From Thermodesulfobacteriota bacterium (lineage in GTDB: Bacteria; Desulfobacterota_D; UBA1144; Nemesobacterales; Nemesobacteraceae), in the NCBI GenBank assembly GCA_965202785.1, contig OZ241855.1:1312001-1376000 (forward strand): 64,000 bases of DNA, read 5' to 3'. Under the pieces are notes generated by a model. It did no database searches and was not told where the DNA came from. It saw nothing but the letters and a program-made list of their open reading frames with translations. Position numbers and translations under genes: made by a program. Positions 17,180 to 26,072 of the stretch are shown here, in pieces (position 1 is the stretch's first letter; every line of letters begins with the position of its first letter).

Positions 17180-18319
17180 ATGATTGAATGGCTTGGTATT
17201 AGCCACCTTTTTGAGCTTTCCCAGAGGGAAGCGATTGCGGGGTTTTTCACCCCGCTGGTGATTTTTGCCGTGTTTTTCCTGGCGCAGATTATACTGCCTG
17301 GAAGATGGGTTCCTGGCTACGTCATCAATCCGGAGACCGGCGAGCCCCGCAAGTATAGGCTGAACGGTCTTTTGGTATTCGCGGTTGCGCTGATCGTGTG
17401 GGCTTTCGAGCTTACCGGCATGCCGCGTGAGTGGTTCTACCGGTCCTCGATCTATGCCGTGGTTGGCGGAACAGTTTTTACCACAATCTTTGCGATCATA
17501 GCGGTCTTCAGTCAGCCGCAAGGCAAGATAAAGAACCCGCTTCTGGCGCTTTGGGACGGGCGGGCGCAGGAGATGTCGTTCTTCAACGAGCGCTTCGATG
17601 TGAAGATGTATTTCTATGTTGTCGGCGGGACGATGCTGGCGCTCAACGCCTTGTCCGGAGCCGCATACAACTATGAACTCTTTGGCGAGAACTACAATCC
17701 GGGCGTTTTCCTGTATGCGGCATTCTACACATACTACATACTGGATTACTTTATCTTTGAGCGCGTCCAGCTATATACCTACGATCTGATCCATGAGGGC
17801 ATCGGCTTCAAAATGTTCTGGGGAGGCCTCGTGATCTACGGGTGGCTGTTTATCCTCCCGTTGTGGGGCATGGCTGCTTACCCGTCTCCCGGATTCTCGT
17901 CGGCGTGGACGTATGTCTGGCTAATCGGAACGCCTGTGCTGTTCCTGTTCGGGTGGGGCATCTCGCGCGGCGCTAACATGCAGAAATACACATTCAAGCG
18001 ATGGCCCGACCGCAAATTTCTCGGGATCATCGAGCCTGAGTACATCCAGGCCGGCGACCGCAAGATCCTGTGCAGTGGCTTCTGGGGTGCCGCTCGCCAC
18101 TTCAACTACCTGGGCGAAGGCTTCCTTGGTCTTTCAATTGCCCTGGCATTCGGCTACTTCACTAATCTCTGGGCGTGGACCTACTTTATCTTCGTCGTAA
18201 CGTTTTTTACCTTCCGTCAACGTTTTGACGATGCATACTGTGCCGAGAAATACGGCGCCGAAAAGTGGGCGGAGTATCAGGCACGGGTGAAATACCGGAT
18301 TTTTCCCGGCATTTATTGA
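17180..18319 (+). CDS. ERG4/ERG24-family membrane sterol reductase (Delta14, Delta7 or Delta24(28) type)
   Basis: Multiple TM helices; family signatures LCSGFWGAARHFNYLGE and DDAYCAEKYG...WAEYQARVKYRIFPGIY; N-terminal YRLNG. Confidence 0.9.
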   Translation: MIEWLGISHLFELSQREAIAGFFTPLVIFAVFFLAQIILPGRWVPGYVINPETGEPRKYRLNGLLVFAVALIVWAFELTGMPREWFYRSSIYAVVGGTVFTTIFAIIAVFSQPQGKIKNPLLALWDGRAQEMSFFNERFDVKMYFYVVGGTMLALNALSGAAYNYELFGENYNPGVFLYAAFYTYYILDYFIFERVQLYTYDLIHEGIGFKMFWGGLVIYGWLFILPLWGMAAYPSPGFSSAWTYVWLIGTPVLFLFGWGISRGANMQKYTFKRWPDRKFLGIIEPEYIQAGDRKILCSGFWGAARHFNYLGEGFLGLSIALAFGYFTNLWAWTYFIFVVTFFTFRQRFDDAYCAEKYGAEKWAEYQARVKYRIFPGIY

Positions 18320-18403
18320 GGAGATTTCCTGCGAGTCCATACAGGGTGATTACGATCGCCGCCTGCCCGCATTGTGCTTGAGTTGTACAGATTACTCTAC
18401 GGG

Positions 18404-19405
18404 TCAACCCGGTTTGCGCGCCTTGTGGTAGTACATGGGCGTAACAATTCCCAGACGTCCTGCGGCCAGGAGGCTGTCGGCCACGACATTAATAATTTTC
18501 CGTGCCTCGGACGACCCCTTGGGTACGGCGCGCACGCCTTCCAGAACGGGCAGAACCGCCGCGGCGATTTTGCGGCCAAGGGCCGTTCTCGAGAAACTTC
18601 TCAGATTCAGGCTGCCCCCTTCCAGCGGTCCATACCACGGCGTCTTGGGGTCGGCGTCAAGAGCGCGGTCATGCGCCTCGACAAGTTCGAAACCGACTGC
18701 CCGCAGACTGTCGTCTACCTCCGTGAATGAAGCGATTTCCGGAAGAGCGGAGACGTATTCGTTTATTTCCTTGAGTTCCCGGTGCTTGGGGTTTCCGCCG
18801 TCGTAAAGCGGGGTCGTGCACACGTCGTAGCCGACGAAGACCGCACCGGGGCGCAATACGCGGAATATCTCGGCAAAGGCTGCGGTCTTATCCGGCGCAT
18901 GACACAAGGCCTCGATATGGTAGGCCGCGTCGAAACTTCCGTCTTCCGCCGGTATATTCAGGAAATCGCCGTGCAGGACGCTGCAGAGATCGTCCAGGCC
19001 AGCCTCGCTGTTATACGCAGAGCACTTCCCGAGCTGATATTTGTTGATGTTGAGGCCCACGATTGAAGCGCCGAACTTTCTTGCGAGGGAGCGCTGGGGT
19101 CCACCCACGCCGCACCCGACATCCAGCACCTTCATACCCGGTCTCAATCCAATGGCTTCGCCCAGAAAATACTCATGGTTGGCAATGGATTCCTCGAAAG
19201 ACACCCCCGGCTCCATCAGTGCGAAGTGAATCGACTGTCCCCATCCACGCTCGCAAAATTCGGTAATGAGATTATAAAACGCCGTTACCGTGTTGGCGTA
19301 CTCTTCCTTGCTCATCCCCTGGCTTCTGCGGTACTTCGATAGCCTTTCCACAATATCATCCCGCTGAACTGCATTTGAAGCTGAGTTATGGGAGTCATCT
19401 GCCAC
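18404..19405 (-). CDS. Sterol 24-C-methyltransferase (ERG6/SMT family), variant active site
   Basis: SAM motif VLDVGCGVGGP; Region I FCERGWGQSIHFA; Region III IEALCHAP; C-terminal GIVTPMY. Confidence 0.9.
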   Translation of the reverse strand: MADDSHNSASNAVQRDDIVERLSKYRRSQGMSKEEYANTVTAFYNLITEFCERGWGQSIHFALMEPGVSFEESIANHEYFLGEAIGLRPGMKVLDVGCGVGGPQRSLARKFGASIVGLNINKYQLGKCSAYNSEAGLDDLCSVLHGDFLNIPAEDGSFDAAYHIEALCHAPDKTAAFAEIFRVLRPGAVFVGYDVCTTPLYDGGNPKHRELKEINEYVSALPEIASFTEVDDSLRAVGFELVEAHDRALDADPKTPWYGPLEGGSLNLRSFSRTALGRKIAAAVLPVLEGVRAVPKGSSEARKIINVVADSLLAAGRLGIVTPMYYHKARKPG

Positions 19406-19636
19406 TTGCGTTTTCCTCTGTAGAATCTTCTATATGAAAGATTCCTTATCACTTTCTGATTTTTCTTCTAAGTTTTGGGAAACCATCTTATCCACTCTAC
19501 ATAAGGGGGTCAAAAACATTTTTTGGATCGCCAAGCCCGCTTCTTTCTGAACCTCAATAAAACCAGATTTGAATATAATTCCGGTTCAAGACTTGGAACG
19601 CGGGAATTTAGGTTACTATATTCCTAAGTAAAAGGC

Positions 19637-20998
19637 TTGCGCACTAGCATCATGTTATCTGAAAAGACCCAGCGCCGAATTCTCAAAAATCCGTTCACCG
19701 CACCCGGTGGGGGCGGCAAGAGCGTTCCGGCTTCACTTCTCCCAGCGATTTTAGCGGTGGTGCTGTGGGTGCTTGTTTCAGTGCTCCCGACCGTAGCGTA
19801 CCCGGCCGGCTTCACCGACGAGGTTGATATCTCCGGGCGCCTCTCGACTGAGGCTTGGCTGTATCCCCAGAGTGCCGAGTATCCTGACCAGCGTTCATAT
19901 GCTGGCGGGCTTGCACTTGAGACAACGTTCTATGTTGAGAGCGAGGAAGGCACAAGCATAACGGTGACTCCCTTTTTGCGGTACGATGCCGGGGACCCGG
20001 ACCGCACGTACGGTGATTTCCGTGAGGCCTATCTGCTTATGTACGGCGATATTGGCAACGGCGAATGGGAATTGCGTCTGGGCATCGATCGGGTCTTTTG
20101 GGGCGTCACGGAACTGCGTTCCCTGGTGGATATCATCAATCAGACCGATGTTATTGAACACCCGAACGAAAAGATAAAGATGGGTCAGCCAATGGCCCAT
20201 CTCACCTGGTCGGGTGACTGGGGAGCACTGGAATTTTTCGCGACGACATGGCACCGTGCGCGCACCTATCCGGGCCCGCGTGGTCGCCAGCGGTATGAGT
20301 TCATTGTGGACCAGGATATGGTTTCATACGAATCCGGCGCGAAAAAGTGGAATATTGATCTTGCCAGCAGGTACAGCGGCTTATTAGGGCCGCTCGAGAT
20401 TGGTCTCAGCGTGTTCAACGGTACGAACCGAGAGCCCACACTCTTGCCGATATTTCTCGACTCCAGATTGGTTCTGGCCCCACATTACGAGAAGATTCGC
20501 CAATTCGGTGTGGATGCCCAGCTTACAAGGGGGTCCCTGCTGCTCAAGCTGGAAGCAATCTACCGCGCTGGCGCGAGGAACAGCAGGTACATTCAACACC
20601 TCAATACTTTAGAGGAAGAGGACTACACGGCTTTTATCTTGGGTAGCGAGTACACGCTCTATTCCATATTGGGTTCGAACTCTGATCTGGTCCTGTTTGC
20701 CGAATGGGCTTACGACGGACGTGGCCGGTGGGCAACCAATGCATTCGAGAACGACCTGTTCATTGCCGCGCGTCTCGGGTTGAACGATCCGCATGGCACC
20801 GAATTTGTCATCAGCGTTTTAGGTTCCCTCAACAAGAGCAGTCGCGTCCTCGCAGGCGAGTTCAAACGTCGCCTTTCTTCGGACAACTGGCTTCTGCATA
20901 TTGAGACCTCAGCTTTTCTGGATATTGACGAAGACGACTTCATATACTACGTGCGGCGCGACAGCTACGTAAAGATCAATCTAGCCTACAGTTTCTGA
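19637..20998 (+). CDS. Putative outer-membrane beta-barrel protein, partner of the LolA-like and MMPL proteins; start uncertain
   Basis: Signal-like N-terminus; amphipathic beta strands; C-terminal YVKINLAYSF ending in Phe (BAM signal); FREAY, RVFWG and LVDIINQ motifs. Confidence 0.7.
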   Translation: MRTSIMLSEKTQRRILKNPFTAPGGGGKSVPASLLPAILAVVLWVLVSVLPTVAYPAGFTDEVDISGRLSTEAWLYPQSAEYPDQRSYAGGLALETTFYVESEEGTSITVTPFLRYDAGDPDRTYGDFREAYLLMYGDIGNGEWELRLGIDRVFWGVTELRSLVDIINQTDVIEHPNEKIKMGQPMAHLTWSGDWGALEFFATTWHRARTYPGPRGRQRYEFIVDQDMVSYESGAKKWNIDLASRYSGLLGPLEIGLSVFNGTNREPTLLPIFLDSRLVLAPHYEKIRQFGVDAQLTRGSLLLKLEAIYRAGARNSRYIQHLNTLEEEDYTAFILGSEYTLYSILGSNSDLVLFAEWAYDGRGRWATNAFENDLFIAARLGLNDPHGTEFVISVLGSLNKSSRVLAGEFKRRLSSDNWLLHIETSAFLDIDEDDFIYYVRRDSYVKINLAYSF

Positions 20999-21272
20999 AT
21001 CGAACCAGAACCTGAAAGCAACTCGACAGTGACTTTTTAGTACTTGCCTTGTCAGAGTTGCCGAGACGCGAAACGTGGGTCAATTGAGGCGGTGTCCGAA
21101 TACGGATTGAGGTTTTTCATGAGAGTGGCAGGAAATATGTTGTCATAGGGCGGAACGGTTCTGTCTATGTGTGGTCTGCTTTGTCAGGTAAATAATCACG
21201 TAAAGATGCGCAAGTGATACCGGCAATTTTATCCGGACTATCGGGCCAATGACTTGGCCGAGGGAAACACGA

Positions 21273-22274
21273 ATGGCGGCTAACTTCCATAACCCAATTT
21301 CGAAAGCAATTCGGCCGGAGGACACGGCGGAGACGCTGTCGAAGTACCGCAGAAGCCAGGGCCGGGGCAAGAAAGAGTACGCTCGCATGGTGACGGCGTT
21401 TTACGACCTCGTTACCGACTTTTATGAGTATGGATGGGGACAGTCGTTTCACTTCGCACCGATGAAGGTAGGGGAGTCTTTCGAGGAATCCATTGTCGGC
21501 CACGAGCATTTTCTCGGCGAAGCCATTGGATTGAGACCGGGTATGAAGGTGCTGGATGTCGGATGCGGCGTGGGAGGACCCCAGCGCTACCTCGCAAGAA
21601 AGTTCGGCGCTTCGATCGTGGGCCTAAACATCAGCGAATATCAGATCGGGAAGTGCTCTGCGTATAACAGCAAGGCTGGCCTGGACGATCTCTGCGGCGT
21701 CCTGCACGGCGATTTCCTGAATATACCGGCGGAAGACGGAAGCTTCGACGCGGCCTACCATATCGAGGCCATGCCTCATGCGCCCGATAAAGCCGCCGCC
21801 TATGCCGAGATATTCCGCGTATTGCGCCCCGGTGGGGTCTTCGCCGGCTACGACTGGTGCATGACCCCGCTTTACGACGGCGCAAACCCTGAGCATCGGG
21901 AACTCAAGAAAGGAATCGAATATGGCAACGCTCTTCCCGAAATCGCCTCATTCACGGAGGTAGACGACAGTCTGCGGGCAGTCGGTTTCGAACTTGTCGA
22001 GGCGCATGACCGCGCTCTTGACGCCGACCCCAAGACGCCGTGGTATCGACCGCTGGAAGGGGGCAGTCTGAAGCTGAGGAGTTTGCCGAGAACGGCCCTT
22101 GGCCGCAAAATTACCTCGGTAACCCTGAGCGTTCTGGAAAGCTTACGCGCCGTACCCAAGGGGTCGTCCGAGGTACGGAAAATTCTCAGTATCGCGGCCG
22201 ACAGTTGCGTGGCCGCAGGACGTCTTGGGATTTTTACGCCCATGTACTACCACAAGGCGCGCAAACCGGATTGA
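21273..22274 (+). CDS. Sterol 24-C-methyltransferase (ERG6/SMT family), canonical Region I
   Basis: FYDLVTDFYEYGWGQSFHFA; VLDVGCGVGGP; IEAMPHAP; GYDWC; IEYGNALP; GIFTPMY. Start 21273 gives 333 aa, equal to its paralog. Confidence 0.95.
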   Translation: MAANFHNPISKAIRPEDTAETLSKYRRSQGRGKKEYARMVTAFYDLVTDFYEYGWGQSFHFAPMKVGESFEESIVGHEHFLGEAIGLRPGMKVLDVGCGVGGPQRYLARKFGASIVGLNISEYQIGKCSAYNSKAGLDDLCGVLHGDFLNIPAEDGSFDAAYHIEAMPHAPDKAAAYAEIFRVLRPGGVFAGYDWCMTPLYDGANPEHRELKKGIEYGNALPEIASFTEVDDSLRAVGFELVEAHDRALDADPKTPWYRPLEGGSLKLRSLPRTALGRKITSVTLSVLESLRAVPKGSSEVRKILSIAADSCVAAGRLGIFTPMYYHKARKPD

Positions 22275-22531
22275 CCCGTACGGTAATCGGGTCCAACGCA
22301 AGCACGATGCGGGCCTGCGGCGACTGTGTCGGTAAGCTGCCAGCCGCGGTCCAATTCGCTCGGTTGCGGTCCTACCTATTCTCCAACGTGTGCCGCTCGA
22401 TATGGAGCAGCACCAAGCCTATATGGAATCGATGTGGAATCGCACAATCAGGCCATTGCTTTATCATGCCCCCATACACCAGATTTGACTATATCTCCGG
22501 TTTTGTTTATATCCATTAACAGGAGGAACCA

Positions 22532-23353
22532 ATGATTCGGTCTTCGATCCCACGCATAATACTTACGGTCCTCGGAAGCTTTCTTGCAATTTGTTTCTGG
22601 CCGGCTGAGTCGTATTCTGATCTGCTGAGTGGTACCGCTGAGGAAGTGGGTCTCAAGGTTGCAACCGAAGCTCGTGAGAACCAGAAGGGTTTCGGCAATT
22701 TCACCGCAAACCTGACCATGACGCTACGTAACAAGCAGGGGAAGGAAACCCAGCGCTCACTCCGTCTCAAACTCATCGAAATCCCGGAGGACGGCGATCG
22801 AACTCTGTTTGTGTTTGACCACCCAAAGGATGTCAAAGGGACCGCTTTTCTCGTCCATGCCCATAAGGAGGGGCCAGACCAACAGTGGCTCTATCTTCCC
22901 GCACTGAAGCGGGTGAAAGGCATCAGCGCCTCGAAACAATCCGGCTCTTTCATGGGCAGCGAATTCTCCTATGAGGACATGGGAGCGGTCGAGGTCGGGA
23001 AATTTACTCACCGGTTCCTTCGTGAAGAGCCCTGCGGTGATCTCAAGTGCCTGGTTCTGGAGCGTATCCCGAAAAGTCAGGATTCCGGGTACTCACGCCA
23101 AGTGGTTTGGCTCGACCGGGAGGAACTTCGAACAATTCAGGTCCACTACTTCGACCGCAGGAATGAGCACCTCAAGACTATGGTCGTAGAGGGCTATGCA
23201 AAATACCTCGATCGGTTTTGGCGGAGCAGCACTATAACGATGACAAACCTGCTGACTGGCAAGAGTACCGTGCTGCTATGGTCAGACTACAAGTTTGGGA
23301 CTGACCTGGACACCAAGGACTTTACCCGAACAGCGCTAAAGCGAATACGGTAG
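22532..23353 (+). CDS. Outer membrane lipoprotein-sorting (LolA-like) periplasmic protein
   Basis: Signal peptide; PKDVKGTAFL; QWLYLPALKRVK; SFMGSEFSYEDM; RBS AGGAGG. Confidence 0.88.
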   Translation: MIRSSIPRIILTVLGSFLAICFWPAESYSDLLSGTAEEVGLKVATEARENQKGFGNFTANLTMTLRNKQGKETQRSLRLKLIEIPEDGDRTLFVFDHPKDVKGTAFLVHAHKEGPDQQWLYLPALKRVKGISASKQSGSFMGSEFSYEDMGAVEVGKFTHRFLREEPCGDLKCLVLERIPKSQDSGYSRQVVWLDREELRTIQVHYFDRRNEHLKTMVVEGYAKYLDRFWRSSTITMTNLLTGKSTVLLWSDYKFGTDLDTKDFTRTALKRIR

Positions 23354-23574
23354 AGAGGTTTCTAGACTGCCTCGCCCGGTTCACCACCCGCCGGAGTGAC
23401 TGCAACTGAAATTGGGTGAGTATACTACGCAACGAACGGAGAGCTTCCGTAAGTTGGATTGATCAAGCCCATGAAAAACGGCGGAATACCGATGTCCTCG
23501 AACACTCCTACAACCCATGACCCAGAAAGTGGGGATGTGTCCCTTAGTCTTGAGCGCAAGCCAAATTCCCTGTT

Positions 23575-25956
23575 TTGGCAATAATGAAATTGCTGAGTGA
23601 TATAGAGTCACGGTTGGGCAACTGGGTCATCAAGCTTCGGTGGCCGATCATCGTTGCTGCCATTGTCTTAACCGGGATTGCAACAAGCGGCACGTTGTTG
23701 CTTGAGTTCTCAACCGACCACCGCGTCTACTTTTCCGAAAACAATCCTCAGCTTCTGGCGTACCAGGAGATGGAGGACATGTACGGCAAGAGCGACAACG
23801 TCTTTTTTGCCATCGTGCCGGAGGACCGAGATGCCACATCGTCTCTCGCCCTTGAAGCTACGGAGTGGCTCACCGAAAAGGCTTGGCAGACCCCATTCGC
23901 AAGCCGTGTCGATTCCGTTACCAACTTTCAGCATACCAAAGCCGACGGCGATGAGGTATTGGTGCGTGAACTGGTGGACGAGAGTGCCTACAGCGATGCC
24001 GAAGAGCGGTCACGGATTCGCGAAATTGCCTTGGCGGAACCGGTTCTCGCGGGGCGCCTGCTGGCACGCGACGGCGGTGTTTCGGGAATCAACGTCACAT
24101 TGCAGTTGCCGGGCGAGGACCAAATGCGCGAAGGTGCAGAGGTTGCTGAACACTCACGCAAACTTGCGAATGAATTTCGAGAACGTTTCCCCGGCATTGA
24201 CGTACTGTTGTCTGGAATGGTGATTTTTAACCAGGCCTTTATGGAGGTGTCTCTGGACGATCTTAGGACGCTCATCCCGGTGAGTTTCTTGGCAATGGCG
24301 TTCATGCTGCTGCTTCTGACGCGGGGATTTTCAGGAACGTTCGCAATAATGCTCGTCGTGGTGATGTCGGTAATGACCGCCGTGGGTCTCGGGGGCTGGG
24401 CAGGACTTCCAATGACGTCGCCTTCGGCGGTCTCCCCGGTCGTCGTGCTGACAGTGGCTATTGCCAACTGCGTCCACATCTATTCCACCATTGTCAGCTA
24501 TATGCACGATGCAGCGTCCGGCACGTCTGAGGATCGCGGCAGCAGAACTAGGCAGGATGCGATTGTCGAGTCGATTCGGGTGAACCTTCAGCCGGTCTTC
24601 CTGTCGAGTCTGACTACCACGCTTGGCTTTTTGAGCTTGAACTTCTCCGATTCGCCCCCTTTTCGTCATTTGGGCATCTTCGTTGCATTTGGGGTCGGTG
24701 CGGCATTCGTGCTTTCCGTAACTTTTCTGCCGGCGTTGCTCTCGCTGCTGCCGGTTCGGGTACGCGCATCCCTGTCCCGAGAGAATTCTCTGATAGAAAT
24801 GTTCGGCAGGTTCGTTGTACGCCGAAGCCGCCAACTGCTCTGGGGCTCCGGGCTGATCGTGGTAGTGCTCGTGGCGTCAATTTTCCAGAACGAGCTAAAC
24901 GACGTTTTCCTCCACTATTTTGACGAGAGCGTCGAATTCCGAAAAGACTCTGAATTCATCGTGGATAACCTCACCGGTTTGTATGCCATGGAGTACTCGC
25001 TCCCATCGCGCTCCCCGGGTGGGATCAGCGACCCGGCGTATCTCTCAGATGTCGAAGCGTTTGCCGAGTGGTACAGGGGGCAGCCTGAAACGATACACGT
25101 AAACGTCATCACCGATACCTTCCGACGGCTAAACAAGAGCATGAACGGGGGCGATCCGGACTATTACCGGCTACCCACAGACCGGGAACTTGCCGCGCAG
25201 TATCTGCTTCTCTACGAAATCTCTCTACCCTATGGCCTTGATCTGAACAACCAGATCGCCGTCGACAAGTCAGCCACCCGGATGATAGTGAGAACGCGGA
25301 CGCTCTCTTCAAACGAAGTGATCGCACTTGATCAGCGCGCGCAGCAATGGCTCGCAGGCCACGGGCCGAATATTTCCGGTCCGGTGAGTGCCGGTACCAC
25401 GTTGATGTTTGCCAATCTCGGTCGGCGAAATATCATCTCCATGCTTGCTGGAACCACGCTCGCCCTCGTTGGAATTTCTTTCATCCTCATCTTCGCACTG
25501 CGATCATGGCGACTCGGAATAACGAGCATGGTCCCAAACCTGATTCCCGGGGCATTGGGCTTCGGTATATGGGGTTTGACAGTCGGAGAAGTGGGAGTAT
25601 CACTTTCGATGGTAACGGCCATGACATTGGGTATCGTGGTCGACGATACTGTCCACTTTCTCAGCAGGTACAAGCGGAACCGGCACGAACTCGGTTGCAC
25701 TTCTCCTGAAGCGGTACTGGTTTCCTTCCGAACCGTGGGTCAGGCACTGCTTACGACCTCGCTTGTGCTAGTGGCAGGCTTTGTTGTGGTGAGTTTTTCC
25801 AATTTCGAACTCAATTCAGCGATGGGCAAGCTCACAGCGCTTGTAATCACTTTGGCCCTGATGGCCGATTTCCTTCTCCTGCCGCCGCTTCTCATGAAGT
25901 TCGACGCGAATGCTGACGGCGCCTGCCTTCTTTCGGAAATGGTAACCAAGGCGTGA
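23575..25956 (+). CDS. MMPL/RND-family lipid transporter
   Basis: Two repeats of TM-periplasmic loop-5TM; PVFLSSLTTTLGFLSL; GIVVDDTVHF. Start may be ATG 23584. Confidence 0.92.
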   Translation: MAIMKLLSDIESRLGNWVIKLRWPIIVAAIVLTGIATSGTLLLEFSTDHRVYFSENNPQLLAYQEMEDMYGKSDNVFFAIVPEDRDATSSLALEATEWLTEKAWQTPFASRVDSVTNFQHTKADGDEVLVRELVDESAYSDAEERSRIREIALAEPVLAGRLLARDGGVSGINVTLQLPGEDQMREGAEVAEHSRKLANEFRERFPGIDVLLSGMVIFNQAFMEVSLDDLRTLIPVSFLAMAFMLLLLTRGFSGTFAIMLVVVMSVMTAVGLGGWAGLPMTSPSAVSPVVVLTVAIANCVHIYSTIVSYMHDAASGTSEDRGSRTRQDAIVESIRVNLQPVFLSSLTTTLGFLSLNFSDSPPFRHLGIFVAFGVGAAFVLSVTFLPALLSLLPVRVRASLSRENSLIEMFGRFVVRRSRQLLWGSGLIVVVLVASIFQNELNDVFLHYFDESVEFRKDSEFIVDNLTGLYAMEYSLPSRSPGGISDPAYLSDVEAFAEWYRGQPETIHVNVITDTFRRLNKSMNGGDPDYYRLPTDRELAAQYLLLYEISLPYGLDLNNQIAVDKSATRMIVRTRTLSSNEVIALDQRAQQWLAGHGPNISGPVSAGTTLMFANLGRRNIISMLAGTTLALVGISFILIFALRSWRLGITSMVPNLIPGALGFGIWGLTVGEVGVSLSMVTAMTLGIVVDDTVHFLSRYKRNRHELGCTSPEAVLVSFRTVGQALLTTSLVLVAGFVVVSFSNFELNSAMGKLTALVITLALMADFLLLPPLLMKFDANADGACLLSEMVTKA

Positions 25957-25991
25957 AGGGTAATTCACCGAAAAATCATCCAAGGGCTAGC

Positions 25992-26045
25992 TTCATCCTG
26001 ATTGTCATAAAATTTAAGTTGATTGTCGCTGTATAATAACCTGTG
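25992..26045 (+). promoter_or_regulatory. Orphan copy of the TGATTGTC repeat/TATAAT element
   Basis: TTCATCCTGATTGTC...TTGATTGTCGC-TG-TATAAT..CCTGTG, similar to the minus strand of ~1864-1923. Confidence 0.5.
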
Positions 26046-26072
26046 AGAAAATCAGCCCATATGCCCTGCAAT

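Noticed and set aside
19652-19690. TQRRILK as a Tat signal on the outer-membrane protein
   Set aside because: Poor match to S/T-R-R-x-F-L-K, the start codon is uncertain, and beta-barrels are Sec/BAM substrates.
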